NCBI GenBank assembly: GCA_965219685.1
Contig: CBDCOH010000002.1
Span: 3,840,001-3,904,000, forward strand
Source of the DNA: Candidatus Spongiisociaceae bacterium
GTDB lineage: Bacteria; Actinomycetota; Acidimicrobiia; Spongiisociales; Spongiisociaceae
Length of the DNA: 64,000 bases
Reading direction: 5' to 3'
In this document: positions 45,857 to 56,030 of the stretch, one piece after another
How the letters are laid out: the number at the start of each line of letters is the position of its first letter
Position numbering within the stretch: position 1 is the first letter of the stretch
The notes under the pieces: model-generated
The model's database searches: none
What the model was told of the DNA's origin: nothing
What the model saw: the letters and a program-made list of their open reading frames with translations, nothing else
Made by a program: the position numbers and the translations under genes

Positions 45857-47284
45857 CTAGAAGCCCGGTACTCCGAGGTCTGCGCAGGACTGCGCGAAGG
45901 CGCTGTCCATGGCCTCGGCGATCTCCTGGGCGGTCTTCTGGCCTACGAAGAGCTCTGACAGGAAGGTGAACAGGTCACCGAACGAGCAGAGCAGTCGCGG
46001 GTCGAGCGCTGCCGCCGCCGGGTACTCGCTGGCGGCTGCCTGGCCCGTCTTCACAGGTGTCGGCAACGCGTCGGGATCCGGCACCGGGTGGTTGGGATAT
46101 CTCGACGGCTCGAGAGCCTTCTCAAGATACAACGGATAGCCCTCGCCGGTTATGTACTCGACGTATGCACGGGCCGCGGCCTCACGTTCCGAGTCGCCTG
46201 TCTTCGGGAGCAGGACTCCCCAGTGGTCCGCTCCGTAGAGCCAGACGGCTGTCTCGGCGTAGGAGATCGGCAGGAAACCGACCTTTTCCTCCACCGCCTC
46301 GGGCCCGAAGGCCCCCAGCAGGTCCGGGATGCAGAAGGATGCGCAGGCCCAGATGGCGCCCTCGTCCTCCATGAAGCTGGTCATCGACGTCGAGAAGTCG
46401 ATCGCCTCGGCGTTCTCCTGGAAGCAGTCGGCGTCCTTCATGTCGCGCAGCGCCTGGAGCCGCTTGACGAACTCGGGATCGGTGAAGCTGGCCTGGCCGC
46501 CCTGGAGCCGCTCGACCAGGTCGGGATTGGCGACCAGGTAGTCGGCGATCATCGCCTGCTGGACGACCCATCCCATGAACGTGGAGGCCTCGCCGATGAT
46601 CACGGGCGTCGTGCCGGCGTCGCGGGCCGCGCTGCAGAACGAGAGCATCTCGTCCAGCGTGCCCGGAAGCTCGAGACCCAGGTCCGCTACCACCTTCTTG
46701 TTGTACAGCATCCCGTTCACCGTCGGCGCGGTCAACGGCGCCCAGTAGCGGACACCGTCGATCACCCCGAACGGGGAGAGTGCGGGAGTGATGTTGTCGG
46801 TGAAGGCCATGCCGTCCACCGACAGGAGGTTCTCGGCCGGATTGAGCGTTGCTATGACGCTCGAGAATCCCTCTAGGTAGAGGATGTCCGGCCGCTCACC
46901 CGCCGCCCATCGCGGCAGGACGTTGTCCGACGCGGTCGGCGGGATCATCGTGACCTCGATCGTGGCCCCGGTCAGTTCCTGGAACCCCTCGGTTATGGCG
47001 TCGATGCCCGCCTGGTCCCAGTTGGGCCGCCACAGTTGAAGCTCCACACCCTCGAACGGCAGCGCAGGCTCCTCCTCGGTCATCGCCGTGGTATCCGGCG
47101 CCGCGGTCGTGGTGGGGGCCTCCGTTGCTTCGGTTGCCGCCACCGTTGCTTCGGTTGCGGCCACCGTTGCCTGGGTCGTGGCCACGGTCGTGGTGACCTC
47201 GGCCTCGTCCTCGCCGCATGCGAACGCGACCAAGGCCATGGCTACTCCAAGAATGATCAGGCGTGTAGTTGGTTTCTGTCCCAC
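45857..47284 (-). CDS. Carbohydrate ABC transporter substrate-binding lipoprotein (CUT1)
   Basis: AFAC lipobox, TVAATEA repeat linker, AGERPDI, LYNK. Confidence 0.88.
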   Translation of the reverse strand: MGQKPTTRLIILGVAMALVAFACGEDEAEVTTTVATTQATVAATEATVAATEATEAPTTTAAPDTTAMTEEEPALPFEGVELQLWRPNWDQAGIDAITEGFQELTGATIEVTMIPPTASDNVLPRWAAGERPDILYLEGFSSVIATLNPAENLLSVDGMAFTDNITPALSPFGVIDGVRYWAPLTAPTVNGMLYNKKVVADLGLELPGTLDEMLSFCSAARDAGTTPVIIGEASTFMGWVVQQAMIADYLVANPDLVERLQGGQASFTDPEFVKRLQALRDMKDADCFQENAEAIDFSTSMTSFMEDEGAIWACASFCIPDLLGAFGPEAVEEKVGFLPISYAETAVWLYGADHWGVLLPKTGDSEREAAARAYVEYITGEGYPLYLEKALEPSRYPNHPVPDPDALPTPVKTGQAAASEYPAAAALDPRLLCSFGDLFTFLSELFVGQKTAQEIAEAMDSAFAQSCADLGVPGF

Positions 47285-47345
47285 TGCTTACTCCTCTCGG
47301 CTGGTGGGTTAGTGGTTTCTGGGGGAAAGGCCTTTGGGGTCATGC

Positions 47346-48194
47346 CTACCGCTCGGTTCCGCTCAGGCCATGGACCATGTACTTCTGGACGAAATAGAAG
47401 ATGGCGATCATCGGGACGCTCGTCACCACAACGTCTGCGAAAACGAGGTTCCACTTGTAGGACGCGGCGGCCGTCGATCCGGTGGCGAACCGGAACAGGG
47501 AAAGGATGAGCGTGTTGTTGTCCGGATCGTTGAGCAGCATGAAAGGGTTCAGGAAGTCGTTCCAGACCGCCACCATCACGATCACCGTCGTGGTTATCAG
47601 GGCGGGCCGCAGCAACGGGATGATTATCCGGACGAGGATGTCGATGTTGGAGGCCCCGTCGATTCGCGCCGCCTCCTCGAGGTGGCGGGGAATGGTGCGG
47701 ATGAACCCGATCATCAGGAAGACGCCGAGCGGGATGAAGAGCGCCGCATAGAACAGACCCAGCCCGAGTAGCCCGCCGTAGATCCCGATCCGCTTGAGGG
47801 TGAAGATCGTCGCCACGATCGCCGGCGGGACGACCAGGCCGACCAGCATCGCGTACCGCAGCGGGGTGAGCAGGCGAGACGAACTCCGCACCATGGCCCA
47901 GGATGCCGCAGCAGAGAGGACCAGGATCAGCGGGATCGCGATCGCCAGAACGATGGCGTTGTTCAGGAACCCTTGGACCAGTTCCCCCTCCGCGAAGACC
48001 ACCCCGTAGTTCTCGGTGGCCATCCAGGCCTCGGGCAGACCCAGGCTGGGCGACACCGTCTCCTGGTAGGGCTTGAGGGAGTTGACGATGACGACCCAGA
48101 TCGGCGCCCCGACCACCACTATGGCAACCACCGCCAGCACGCCCACCCGCGTACTTCCTGCCAGCCGGCGCAGCGGGAGCCGGGTGGTGGTCAT
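47346..48194 (-). CDS. Carbohydrate ABC permease (MalG-like)
   Basis: IPRHLEEAARIDGA, WNDF. Confidence 0.93.
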   Translation of the reverse strand: MTTTRLPLRRLAGSTRVGVLAVVAIVVVGAPIWVVIVNSLKPYQETVSPSLGLPEAWMATENYGVVFAEGELVQGFLNNAIVLAIAIPLILVLSAAASWAMVRSSSRLLTPLRYAMLVGLVVPPAIVATIFTLKRIGIYGGLLGLGLFYAALFIPLGVFLMIGFIRTIPRHLEEAARIDGASNIDILVRIIIPLLRPALITTTVIVMVAVWNDFLNPFMLLNDPDNNTLILSLFRFATGSTAAASYKWNLVFADVVVTSVPMIAIFYFVQKYMVHGLSGTER

Positions 48195-49153
48195 AGGGTC
48201 ACCTCGCTACGGCGTAGCTTGGCTACCAGGCCGATCATCAGGAGGAAGATCGATCCATACAGGACGGTGCTGAGAGCTGCGGCGGATGCGAACCGACCCT
48301 CCCCGAATTCCTGGATGATCAGGAAGTTGAGTACTTCGGTCGTCCTCCCGGGGCCGCCGTCGGTCAGCACCACGATGGTCTCGAAGACGTTCAGGGAGAC
48401 GATCAGGGAGACGACGACCGCGAAGGTCATCGCCGGCGCCAGCAGCGGCAGCTTGACGTACCGGATCAGGGCGATCGGTCCGGCGCCGTCGATCTTCGCC
48501 GCGTCGATCGCATCCGTCGGGATCGAGATGAGCCCGGCCAGGAACACGATCAGGATCATCGGGAACCAGCGCCAAGCCGTGGCAAGAGCGACGACGGCGA
48601 GGGTCAGTGTGCCGCTTCCGAGCCATGGGATCTCTATATCATTACCGATCATGGTCGACAGGACCGTGTTCACGGTTCCTTTGAGCCCGAGCAGAGCACG
48701 GAAGACAAACCCGGCCGCCAAGGGCGACAAGACCAGTGGCACTAGGAACACGGTGCGCAATATCCGGTTGCTACGAGTGTTGCGCTCGAGACCCAGGGCG
48801 AGGAGGAGCGAACCCACAACCATCGCTCCTGCGCAGATGACGGTGAACTGCAACGTGCGGAAGATCGTCGGCCAGAGCAGGCCGTTCTGGTCGAGTCGGC
48901 GGTAGTTCTCCAGTCCTATCCACTCCAGATCCGACCTGAACGCCGTCCACGAGAAGAGGGACAGGGCCGCGTTGATGAAGAAGGGCAGTAGATAGAGGCC
49001 GATGACCAGCAGAGACGCCGGCCCGGCCAGTACCACCAGGTCCCGGATGGTGAAGTCACGCAGGGCCCGTTTGCCGGACCGCCCGGCGTCCCCCCGTCCG
49101 GTATCGGATACCGGGCTACGAGTCGCTGAGAGTCGCGTTCTTGAAGAGGCCAC
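48191..49153 (-). CDS. Carbohydrate ABC permease (MalF-like)
   Basis: GLENY, DAAKIDGA, LTDGGPG. Confidence 0.93.
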   Translation of the reverse strand: MASSRTRLSATRSPVSDTGRGDAGRSGKRALRDFTIRDLVVLAGPASLLVIGLYLLPFFINAALSLFSWTAFRSDLEWIGLENYRRLDQNGLLWPTIFRTLQFTVICAGAMVVGSLLLALGLERNTRSNRILRTVFLVPLVLSPLAAGFVFRALLGLKGTVNTVLSTMIGNDIEIPWLGSGTLTLAVVALATAWRWFPMILIVFLAGLISIPTDAIDAAKIDGAGPIALIRYVKLPLLAPAMTFAVVVSLIVSLNVFETIVVLTDGGPGRTTEVLNFLIIQEFGEGRFASAAALSTVLYGSIFLLMIGLVAKLRRSEVTL

Positions 49154-49342
49154 GTTCCTCGCTTACCGAGGCATCCGCCGGTGGATGCAAACTGCAAGGA
49201 GATCGCTGAGTTTGGGTAGCGATCGGATGGGTCGTCGTCTGACCGTGACGTTAACAGGCAACGGGTAACCGGGTACGGGCAAAGACGCGTCCACCCGAGG
49301 TCCCCAAGCCGGTCCCAGATGTTGATCACTAGACGGGTAGCT

Positions 49343-49433
49343 CCAAGGGATGTGACCAGAAGCGACCGAACTCTACGATTTGCTACACAACGCTGTACAA
49401 CACATCTGTAAGTCGTGTGCCCCTGTTCCTGGA
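49343..49433 (-). repeat. 91-bp non-coding (promoter/operator-like) module, copy B
   Basis: Reverse complement matches 38865-38955 at 76/91; points towards the ABC operon. Confidence 0.85.
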
Positions 49434-49617
49434 GGCGGGCCCCGGGGCTGGCATTTCGTAAGGAGCCACCCGCGGCGCCAACGCGAGACTCCAACAGTGC
49501 TAGGGAGGATGGTAAGTGATCCGAGGTAACGTTAACCGTCGAGCACCAACTAGAAACTATAGACTACCGACTAGGAACTGATCATCTAGGCTTCCGGTGC
49601 GGCGAGAGGGGCTTGAC

Positions 49618-50415
49618 ATGAGGGACGACTTCGCAGGGCAGGTCGTGATCATCACGGGGGCTTGTGGCGGGATAGGCGAAGCGATCGTCAGGTCGTTTGC
49701 CGCGGCCGGAGCAAGCGTCGCTTTGTGTGACACGCGCGAACCGGAGCTTGATGAGTTGACCGGGCAACTGCGGAGCGAGGGGGCAGTGGTCAAGAGCCGA
49801 GTGGTGGATGTAACCGACAACGACGAAGCCGAGGCATTCTGCTCGGCCGTGGTGCGGGACCTGGGATCGATCGACCATCTGATCAACACGGTCGGCGTGG
49901 TCGACCATGTCGGTGACGTGGTGCAGCTCTCGCTCGAGTCCTGGAACAAGTGCCTGTCGACGAACCTCACGTCCGCATTCATAATGGCTAAACACGCCGT
50001 GCCTCACATGATCTCCGCCGGCGGCGGGTCGATAGTCAACATCGCATCGGTGTCGGCCTTCGGCAACCAGTTCGGAGCCATGGCCTACTCGGTTTCCAAG
50101 GCGGGCATGGTGTCTCTCACCAAGAGCGAAGCCGTCGATCTGGCTCAGCACAACATCAGGGCGAACGCGGTCTGTCCGGGATCTGTTTACACCCCGCTGG
50201 TCGATCTGGCGGTCGTGCTGACTGCGGCGGACACGGGACGAACCCCCGATGAGACCCGGGCCGACTGGGAGGAGCAGTACCCGACCGGTCGCTTCTCGCA
50301 TCCCCATGAGGTAGCCGACCTGGTCCTGTTCCTCGGCTCTCCCCGGGCGGCGAACATCACCGGTTCCAGCTTCGTGGTCGACGGGGGTTTGACCGCACTC
50401 CTACCCGAACGGTAG
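49618..50415 (+). CDS. SDR family oxidoreductase
   Basis: ITGACGGIG, YSVSK, NAVCPG. Confidence 0.92.
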   Translation: MRDDFAGQVVIITGACGGIGEAIVRSFAAAGASVALCDTREPELDELTGQLRSEGAVVKSRVVDVTDNDEAEAFCSAVVRDLGSIDHLINTVGVVDHVGDVVQLSLESWNKCLSTNLTSAFIMAKHAVPHMISAGGGSIVNIASVSAFGNQFGAMAYSVSKAGMVSLTKSEAVDLAQHNIRANAVCPGSVYTPLVDLAVVLTAADTGRTPDETRADWEEQYPTGRFSHPHEVADLVLFLGSPRAANITGSSFVVDGGLTALLPER

Positions 50416-50426
50416 GAGTCCCGAAC

Positions 50427-51239
50427 GTGGGCTCCTCGGGCCCTGCATCTTCTACCAGCCGCCAGGTTGCCGTCATCACGGGCGCGGCCGGGGCGATCGG
50501 CGCGGCGATTGCCCGTACCTTCGTCGTCGCGGGTATCCGGGTGGTTCTCGGGGATGTGAGAGATGCAGAGCTGCGCCGGTTGGCGACCGAACTCGGGGGC
50601 AGTTCCGTTGCGGTGGCCTGCCCGGCCGACGTGAGTCGGCCGGACGACTTGCGCCGACTGGTAGCAACGGCTCCCGAGACCTTCGGCAGGCTGGATGCCC
50701 TGGTCAACGTGGCCGGGATCACCCACGTCGACGACATCCTGGACATCTCGCTGGATACGTGGCGCCACGTTCTGGCGGTCAACCTGGAGGCTCCACTGCT
50801 GGCATCGCAGCAGGCGGCTCGGATCATGTCGGCGCAGGACATCGACCCCGACACCGAGAGACGGGGAATCATCGTCAACATCAGCTCGCAGGGCGCCGAG
50901 TTCCCGATCCCGACTTCTGTGGCATACGGCGCCAGCAAGGCGGCGCTCAACTATCTCTCGAGAACTCTCGCCGCGGCACTCGAGCAGAGCGCCATCGCCA
51001 GCACCGTCGTCTACCCGGGTATGGTCTACGAGGGCATGTGGAAGTGGGTGAACAGGCAGCGAGGCCAGTTGTGGGGGCACGATTTCGATGAAGTGGTCCG
51101 GCGGGACCTCGCGGAGACACCGACCGGTAGCTTCCAGGATCCCGCGGAGCTGGCGCGGATAGTGCTCTACGCCGTTGCAACTCCCGGGATGGTGACTAGC
51201 GGCAGGATCATCTGGTCCGAAGCCCATCTCGAATGGTGA
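50427..51239 (+). CDS. SDR family oxidoreductase
   Basis: ITGAAGAIG, NVAG, YGASK. Confidence 0.9.
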   Translation: MGSSGPASSTSRQVAVITGAAGAIGAAIARTFVVAGIRVVLGDVRDAELRRLATELGGSSVAVACPADVSRPDDLRRLVATAPETFGRLDALVNVAGITHVDDILDISLDTWRHVLAVNLEAPLLASQQAARIMSAQDIDPDTERRGIIVNISSQGAEFPIPTSVAYGASKAALNYLSRTLAAALEQSAIASTVVYPGMVYEGMWKWVNRQRGQLWGHDFDEVVRRDLAETPTGSFQDPAELARIVLYAVATPGMVTSGRIIWSEAHLEW

Positions 51240-51341
51240 ACCTGTTGGACCTCGCCCGCGGGCCTTGCGACGGCCGCCCTTGCCGGCGCATGCCGCTCCG
51301 CTGCTCCACAGCCTGACCACGAGAGAGAACGGAAGGAACTC

Positions 51342-52481
51342 ATGCTAATCGAGTCGGTGGAACCGCTCCTTTTCTACCAGTGGCTGGTGGTCCGGATAGA
51401 GACCGACAGCGGCATAGTCGGCTACGGGCCGGCGGCCCATTGGGGATTCCCGGAGTCCGTGGAGCGGATCGTCAACTCATTCCGGGACAAGCTGGTGGGT
51501 AGCGATCCGCTGCGGATCGAGCAGCACTGGGACCGCCACTTCCACTGGAAGCCCTTCCGTGACGGGGTGCTAACCGCGGCCATCGCCGCGGTCGACATCG
51601 CGCTCTGGGACATCGCCGGGCGGCACTTCGGCGTGCCTGCCTACCAGTTGCTGGGCGGGAAGCAGCGCGACAGTGCCCGGCTCCACCTTCTCGTGTTCGA
51701 CGGACCCAACTCATCGGTCGAAGAACTGGTGGAAGCGGTGAGCGACGCTATATCGCAGGGCTACACGGCGGTCAAGATAGATGCCCTGCCCGACTATCTC
51801 GTCGAGAAGCAGCAGACGTACAGCGGAACGCTTCAGGTGGTCGTGGACCGGGTCGCTGCGGTCCGCGAGACCATAGGGTGGGATCGTGACCTGATCCTCG
51901 AGATACACCGGGATCTCAGCCCGGGCGAAGTGGTGGCGCTGACCACGGAACTGGAGCGCTTCCGCCTCTACTACATCGAGGATCCGATCCCGCCCCACAG
52001 CGTCGATTCCCATGGAGATGTCGTCCGCAAGATGCGAGTCCCGGTGGGAGCGGGCGAGCGCGCCAACACCATCTGGGAGTTCCGCGAGCTGCTGAGCCGG
52101 GGAGTCGGCTTCCTGCGGCCTGACATCGGCCTGGCCGGTGGTCTGACCCACTGCCGCAAGATCGCCGCGCTGGCTGAGTCGTTCCACGCCGAGGTGATCG
52201 CCCACAACGCCTTCTCGCCGTTGCTCACCGCCGCCACCCTGCAGCTCTATGCCTCGATACCCAACTGCGGGACCCTCGAGTTCATACCGTGGGAGGAGGA
52301 ACCTCCTCGGACGGAGATGCTCAGGACTCCGTTGACCCGTGAGGGCGGCTTCATGGTGGTTCCGGAGGGTCCCGGGCTGGGCGTAGATCTGGACCCGGCC
52401 ATCCTCGAGCTCCCGTACGCCCGCTGGAAGTATCCGGAGGATGTCCGGATGCGCGACGACGGCTCGGTGTTCAGGAAGTAG
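51342..52481 (+). CDS. Mandelate racemase family, galactonate dehydratase-like
   Basis: DIALWDIAG, KID, LEIH, IEDP, AGE, AHN. Confidence 0.88.
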   Translation: MLIESVEPLLFYQWLVVRIETDSGIVGYGPAAHWGFPESVERIVNSFRDKLVGSDPLRIEQHWDRHFHWKPFRDGVLTAAIAAVDIALWDIAGRHFGVPAYQLLGGKQRDSARLHLLVFDGPNSSVEELVEAVSDAISQGYTAVKIDALPDYLVEKQQTYSGTLQVVVDRVAAVRETIGWDRDLILEIHRDLSPGEVVALTTELERFRLYYIEDPIPPHSVDSHGDVVRKMRVPVGAGERANTIWEFRELLSRGVGFLRPDIGLAGGLTHCRKIAALAESFHAEVIAHNAFSPLLTAATLQLYASIPNCGTLEFIPWEEEPPRTEMLRTPLTREGGFMVVPEGPGLGVDLDPAILELPYARWKYPEDVRMRDDGSVFRK

Positions 52482-52510
52482 CCACCCGGGACCCGACCGG
52501 GACCGGAACG

Positions 52511-53383
52511 TCAGATGCGGTAGTAACGCTCCGCATTCCGCGCGAAGAGTTTGTCCTGCTCGTCAGAGGAGAAGTCGGCGATCACCCGGCGGTAGGCCTC
52601 CAGCAGGGTGTCGAAGTCGCTGTACAGGCGGTCCACCGGCCAGTTCGTGCCGAACATGCACCGGTCCACTCCGAATATGTCGATGGTCTCGAGGATCCAC
52701 GGGCGGATGCTGTCGACGGTCCAGTTCCGGTCCCGCATGCCGAGCCCCGAGATCTTGACAACCATGTTGGGCGCCCGGGCGAACGTCTCCATACCCATAC
52801 GCCACTGGCGGAAGCACTCGACCGTCCTCTCGTAGGGGAGGCCGGTGTGGGTGACCACTACCAACATGTCCGGGAAGGAGCGCGCCAACCGTAACCCGGC
52901 GCCGGCCCGCTCCCACTCGCCGTTCAGGTCGAAGGAGAGGCCGCGTCGCGCCAGCTCGGCTACTCCCCGCCGGAAGTCCGGTTCGTCCAGCATGTCGTCG
53001 TGACCCATCATGCGGACACCCCGCATGTTCGCGCTCTCGCAATGACGGTCCAACTCCTCGCCCGCGTCCGGGCTCCGGAAGTCGGTGTGGGCGACGATCC
53101 CGTGCGGGAAGCCGTGGACATCAGCGATCGATTGGAGCCATCTGGTCTCGACGGTCGGGTCCGGCCCGCTGAAGTCCGCCTGCACATGGACCGACTTGAC
53201 CACGTTCTGGGGTGCGTAGTCGGCGAGCAGGTCCTCGATCAGGTAGTCCTGCCTGATGGATGCGTAATCACCCAGGTAGTCCGTCTCCCCCGGAGTGCCG
53301 TCCCCGGTCAGCCACGCGTAGGGAAACGAGTCGAGATCCCACAGGTGGTGATGGGTGTCTACGAGTGCCGGGGTCGGTTCCAC
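52511..53383 (-). CDS. Amidohydrolase_2 family protein (paralog of 25462-26346)
   Basis: DTHHHLW, SVHVQA, KISGLG, FGTNWPVD, YRI terminus. Confidence 0.88.
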   Translation of the reverse strand: MEPTPALVDTHHHLWDLDSFPYAWLTGDGTPGETDYLGDYASIRQDYLIEDLLADYAPQNVVKSVHVQADFSGPDPTVETRWLQSIADVHGFPHGIVAHTDFRSPDAGEELDRHCESANMRGVRMMGHDDMLDEPDFRRGVAELARRGLSFDLNGEWERAGAGLRLARSFPDMLVVVTHTGLPYERTVECFRQWRMGMETFARAPNMVVKISGLGMRDRNWTVDSIRPWILETIDIFGVDRCMFGTNWPVDRLYSDFDTLLEAYRRVIADFSSDEQDKLFARNAERYYRI

Positions 53384-53587
53384 ACCCGCGGAGGATAGCG
53401 TTCGACACACGGTGACCCTGCCCGCCTGGCGACACTCGATGGTAGGAGACCGTCCATCAACCGCCGTGTTCCACAGCTCTAGTCGCGTTTCTATCGCTAC
53501 CGACTGCCGCTATTGTGCTTACTAATCAATTATGACTAATATTATCTCCTCAACTTTTCACACTGCTATCGAAAGGGATGGACACCA

Positions 53588-53947
53588 ATGGGGGCTACCT
53601 ACGTCGAAGTGACGGTTCGCAATCCCGCCGGTCTCGGCAGGTCATGGACCGGTTCGTTCCTGGCGGACATGGGCGCTTACGACTCGATGGCGCCGAGATC
53701 GGTTCTTGAGGCGATCGGGCTCGAACCGGTGTCCACCCGCGAGTACGAGTTGGCCGACGGCACCATCGTCACCTACGACATCTGTGCCGCGGTGCTCGAG
53801 TTCGAGGGGGTGTTCGTCGCCAACATGGTCATCTTCGGCGAGGAGGGAGTCGAGCCGCTGCTCGCGGTGACGGCCCTCGAGTCAGGCGGCTTCCAGATGG
53901 ATCCCCGGCGCGAGGAACTGAAGCGTCTGCCGACATCGCGTTTGTAG
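53588..53947 (+). CDS. Clan AA aspartic protease-like protein (variant DMG motif)
   Basis: MGATYVEVTVRN, FLADMGA (canonical DTG), ELADG, PLLAVTALE. Confidence 0.75.
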   Translation: MGATYVEVTVRNPAGLGRSWTGSFLADMGAYDSMAPRSVLEAIGLEPVSTREYELADGTIVTYDICAAVLEFEGVFVANMVIFGEEGVEPLLAVTALESGGFQMDPRREELKRLPTSRL

Positions 53948-54015
53948 CGTGGGCATCGACGGGAACCGGTCCCGGGTTCAACATTGACGCCGCGCGGCGT
54001 CACCAATAGCGGCGC

Positions 54016-54447
54016 TCAGGCGAGTTCGTAGTCGAGGACGTAGGAGTGCTTACCCTCGTCGTTGTCGATCTGTAGCGTCCCGGAGATTCCGGCCAGTTCT
54101 CCGGTGCCCGAGTCCGGCACGATCGTGACCGCAAGCCGGGCATCGCCCCTGTCCATCACTCCGCTGTGCTGGAGCACGAAGGAGCCCGACTTTCCGCCCA
54201 CCGAGCCCGTGAAGTGCTCGATGGCCACGTAGCCGGCCGAACCGGGTGTACCGGTGAAGGCTGCGATCATCTGAGCCTCCGAGCCGCCGACCATGTCGCC
54301 GGAGAACTCCTTGCGCACGACGCTGCGGTTCAGCTTCAGCCCGTCCTGTTCCAGGAACGGTGGCTCGGGCTCGATGTTGACATCCATGGGTCCGCGGGCC
54401 GTGGGCATGACCACATCCTCCACCTCGTGTCGCGACATGCTAGCCAA
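54016..54447 (-). CDS. DUF3224 domain protein
   Basis: SAGYVAIE, GSFVLQH, VPDSGTGELAGISG; the start may be a downstream Met. Confidence 0.85.
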   Translation of the reverse strand: MASMSRHEVEDVVMPTARGPMDVNIEPEPPFLEQDGLKLNRSVVRKEFSGDMVGGSEAQMIAAFTGTPGSAGYVAIEHFTGSVGGKSGSFVLQHSGVMDRGDARLAVTIVPDSGTGELAGISGTLQIDNDEGKHSYVLDYELA

Positions 54448-54573
54448 CGACGGGTGTCCCGCAGATATGCGCGGACTCGGACGTCGGTGCTCGCCGGCAC
54501 CGCCAACTCCGGCCTGCCGGCCCTGCTCCGGTGACTGCGTGATCCCCAGCCTCCGGGTGAGTTAAGCGAATGG

Positions 54574-54589
54574 ATCGACATCTGTCTAT
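54574..54589. promoter_or_regulatory. ArsR-type operator
   Basis: ATCGAC-ATCT-GTCTAT imperfect palindrome upstream of the permease-arsR pair. Confidence 0.6.
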
Positions 54590-54656
54590 ATAGGTGATAG
54601 TCTATATATTCTATGCGGACTCGACCTATGTGGGGACCAATCGGACAGGCGATCCC

Positions 54657-55610
54657 ATGGATCGGCTAGCGGCGTTGCTGGTTCAGGTTGGTGGCGACAT
54701 CGTGTCCACCCTGCGGTTGACCTGGCCGTTCCTTCTCGTCTCCATCGTCGCCGCGGCCGCCCTGGCCACATTTGTCGGGACCGAACGCCTGGAGGCATGG
54801 TTGCGGCGGCGTATCTGGGTGGGAGTAGTAGGAGCGGTGGCACTGGCCAGCCTTACCCCCTTCTGTTCCTGCGGGACCACCGCGGTGATCATCGCCGGAA
54901 TGGCCTCCTCGACACCCTGGGCGCCATTGGTAGCGTTCATGGTGTCCTCCCCGCTCACCAGTCCCGCGGAGTTGCTGCTGTCGGCCGGACTCATGGGCTG
55001 GCCCTTCGCCCTCGTTTTCTTTGTCGGAACGATCGTCATCGGGCTGGCGGCGGGAGGGCTGACCGCCGTCATCGAGCGGTCCGACTGGCTTCGCGACCAA
55101 GCGCGCGTACGGACGTCGGCGTCCCGATGCGCGGAGGCGTGCGAGTCCCGCGTCTCTTCCGGACCGGGGACTGCGTCGGCGCGCGAGTTGGAGCTCGGGA
55201 CGGCCGGGTTACGGCGGTTCGGACGGGAGGTGGCGGTGACGGGACGGCGTCTCCTCGTCTTCTTCCTCGTGTTCACGGCGGTCGGATACCTGGTGATAAG
55301 GGCTATCCCGACCGCCTGGGTGACCGACCTTCTGGGCCGAGGTTCTGCAGGTGCGATCCCGCTGGCGGCGCTTGTGGGCATTCCGTCCTACGTGAACACA
55401 GAGGCCTCGCTACCGCTGGTCGCAGCCCTCGTCGACGGGGGGATGGGCACCGGGGCCGCCCTGGCATTCCTCGTGACCGGCGCCGGGGCCAGTGTCGGGT
55501 CGGTGTCGGGGTTGCTGGTCATTGCCCGGCGAAGGGTGGTTACCCTCGTGGTAGGCACCCTGCTGGTGGGTGGGGTCCTGCTGGGATGGCTCGGCGAGAT
55601 GATCCTGTAG
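54657..55610 (+). CDS. ArsP/DUF318 family permease
   Basis: TPFCSCG, FMVSSPL, hydrophobic; next to arsR. Confidence 0.85.
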   Translation: MDRLAALLVQVGGDIVSTLRLTWPFLLVSIVAAAALATFVGTERLEAWLRRRIWVGVVGAVALASLTPFCSCGTTAVIIAGMASSTPWAPLVAFMVSSPLTSPAELLLSAGLMGWPFALVFFVGTIVIGLAAGGLTAVIERSDWLRDQARVRTSASRCAEACESRVSSGPGTASARELELGTAGLRRFGREVAVTGRRLLVFFLVFTAVGYLVIRAIPTAWVTDLLGRGSAGAIPLAALVGIPSYVNTEASLPLVAALVDGGMGTGAALAFLVTGAGASVGSVSGLLVIARRRVVTLVVGTLLVGGVLLGWLGEMIL

Positions 55611-55629
55611 CCGTGGGAGGTCTGCACAG

Positions 55630-55947
55630 ATGTCGAACATGACCGAATGCGCCCCGATCGTTGACGAACCCTTGGCGGACGCCCAGGCCCGCCAACTCGC
55701 CCGCTGGTTCGGGGTGCTGGCGGATCCCACCAGGCTCCGGCTGCTCAGCCTCATCGGCGCCAAGGGCGAGGCGTGCGCGGCGTGCGAGATGGTCGAGCCG
55801 CTCGGGGTGTCCCAGCCCACCGTCAGCCACCACCTCAAGGTGCTGAGACGGGCCGGCCTCGTGGTGTCGGAGAAGCGTGGTCGCTGGGTCTACTACCGGA
55901 CCGTTCCGGAGCGCCTGGCCGCGCTCAGCCGCATACTCCGGGCCTGA
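55630..55947 (+). CDS. arsR: ArsR/SmtB family regulator
   Basis: LADPTRLRLL, EACAACE, SQPTVSHHLKVL, RGRWVYY. Confidence 0.92.
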   Translation: MSNMTECAPIVDEPLADAQARQLARWFGVLADPTRLRLLSLIGAKGEACAACEMVEPLGVSQPTVSHHLKVLRRAGLVVSEKRGRWVYYRTVPERLAALSRILRA

Positions 55948-56030
55948 CGGCGGAGGCCGGGAGGAGTCGCCATTTCAGGATGTGGCAACTGTTTCCGGTC
56001 AGCGGGAGACACCGTTACCATGCGCGACCG

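Noticed and set aside
47122-47184. 21-bp tandem repeat in the SBP gene
   Set aside because: It encodes an ordinary TVAATEA lipoprotein linker.
45857-49153. ABC system lacking an ATPase
   Set aside because: Normal for CUT1 systems in actinomycetes, which share an MsiK-type ATPase.
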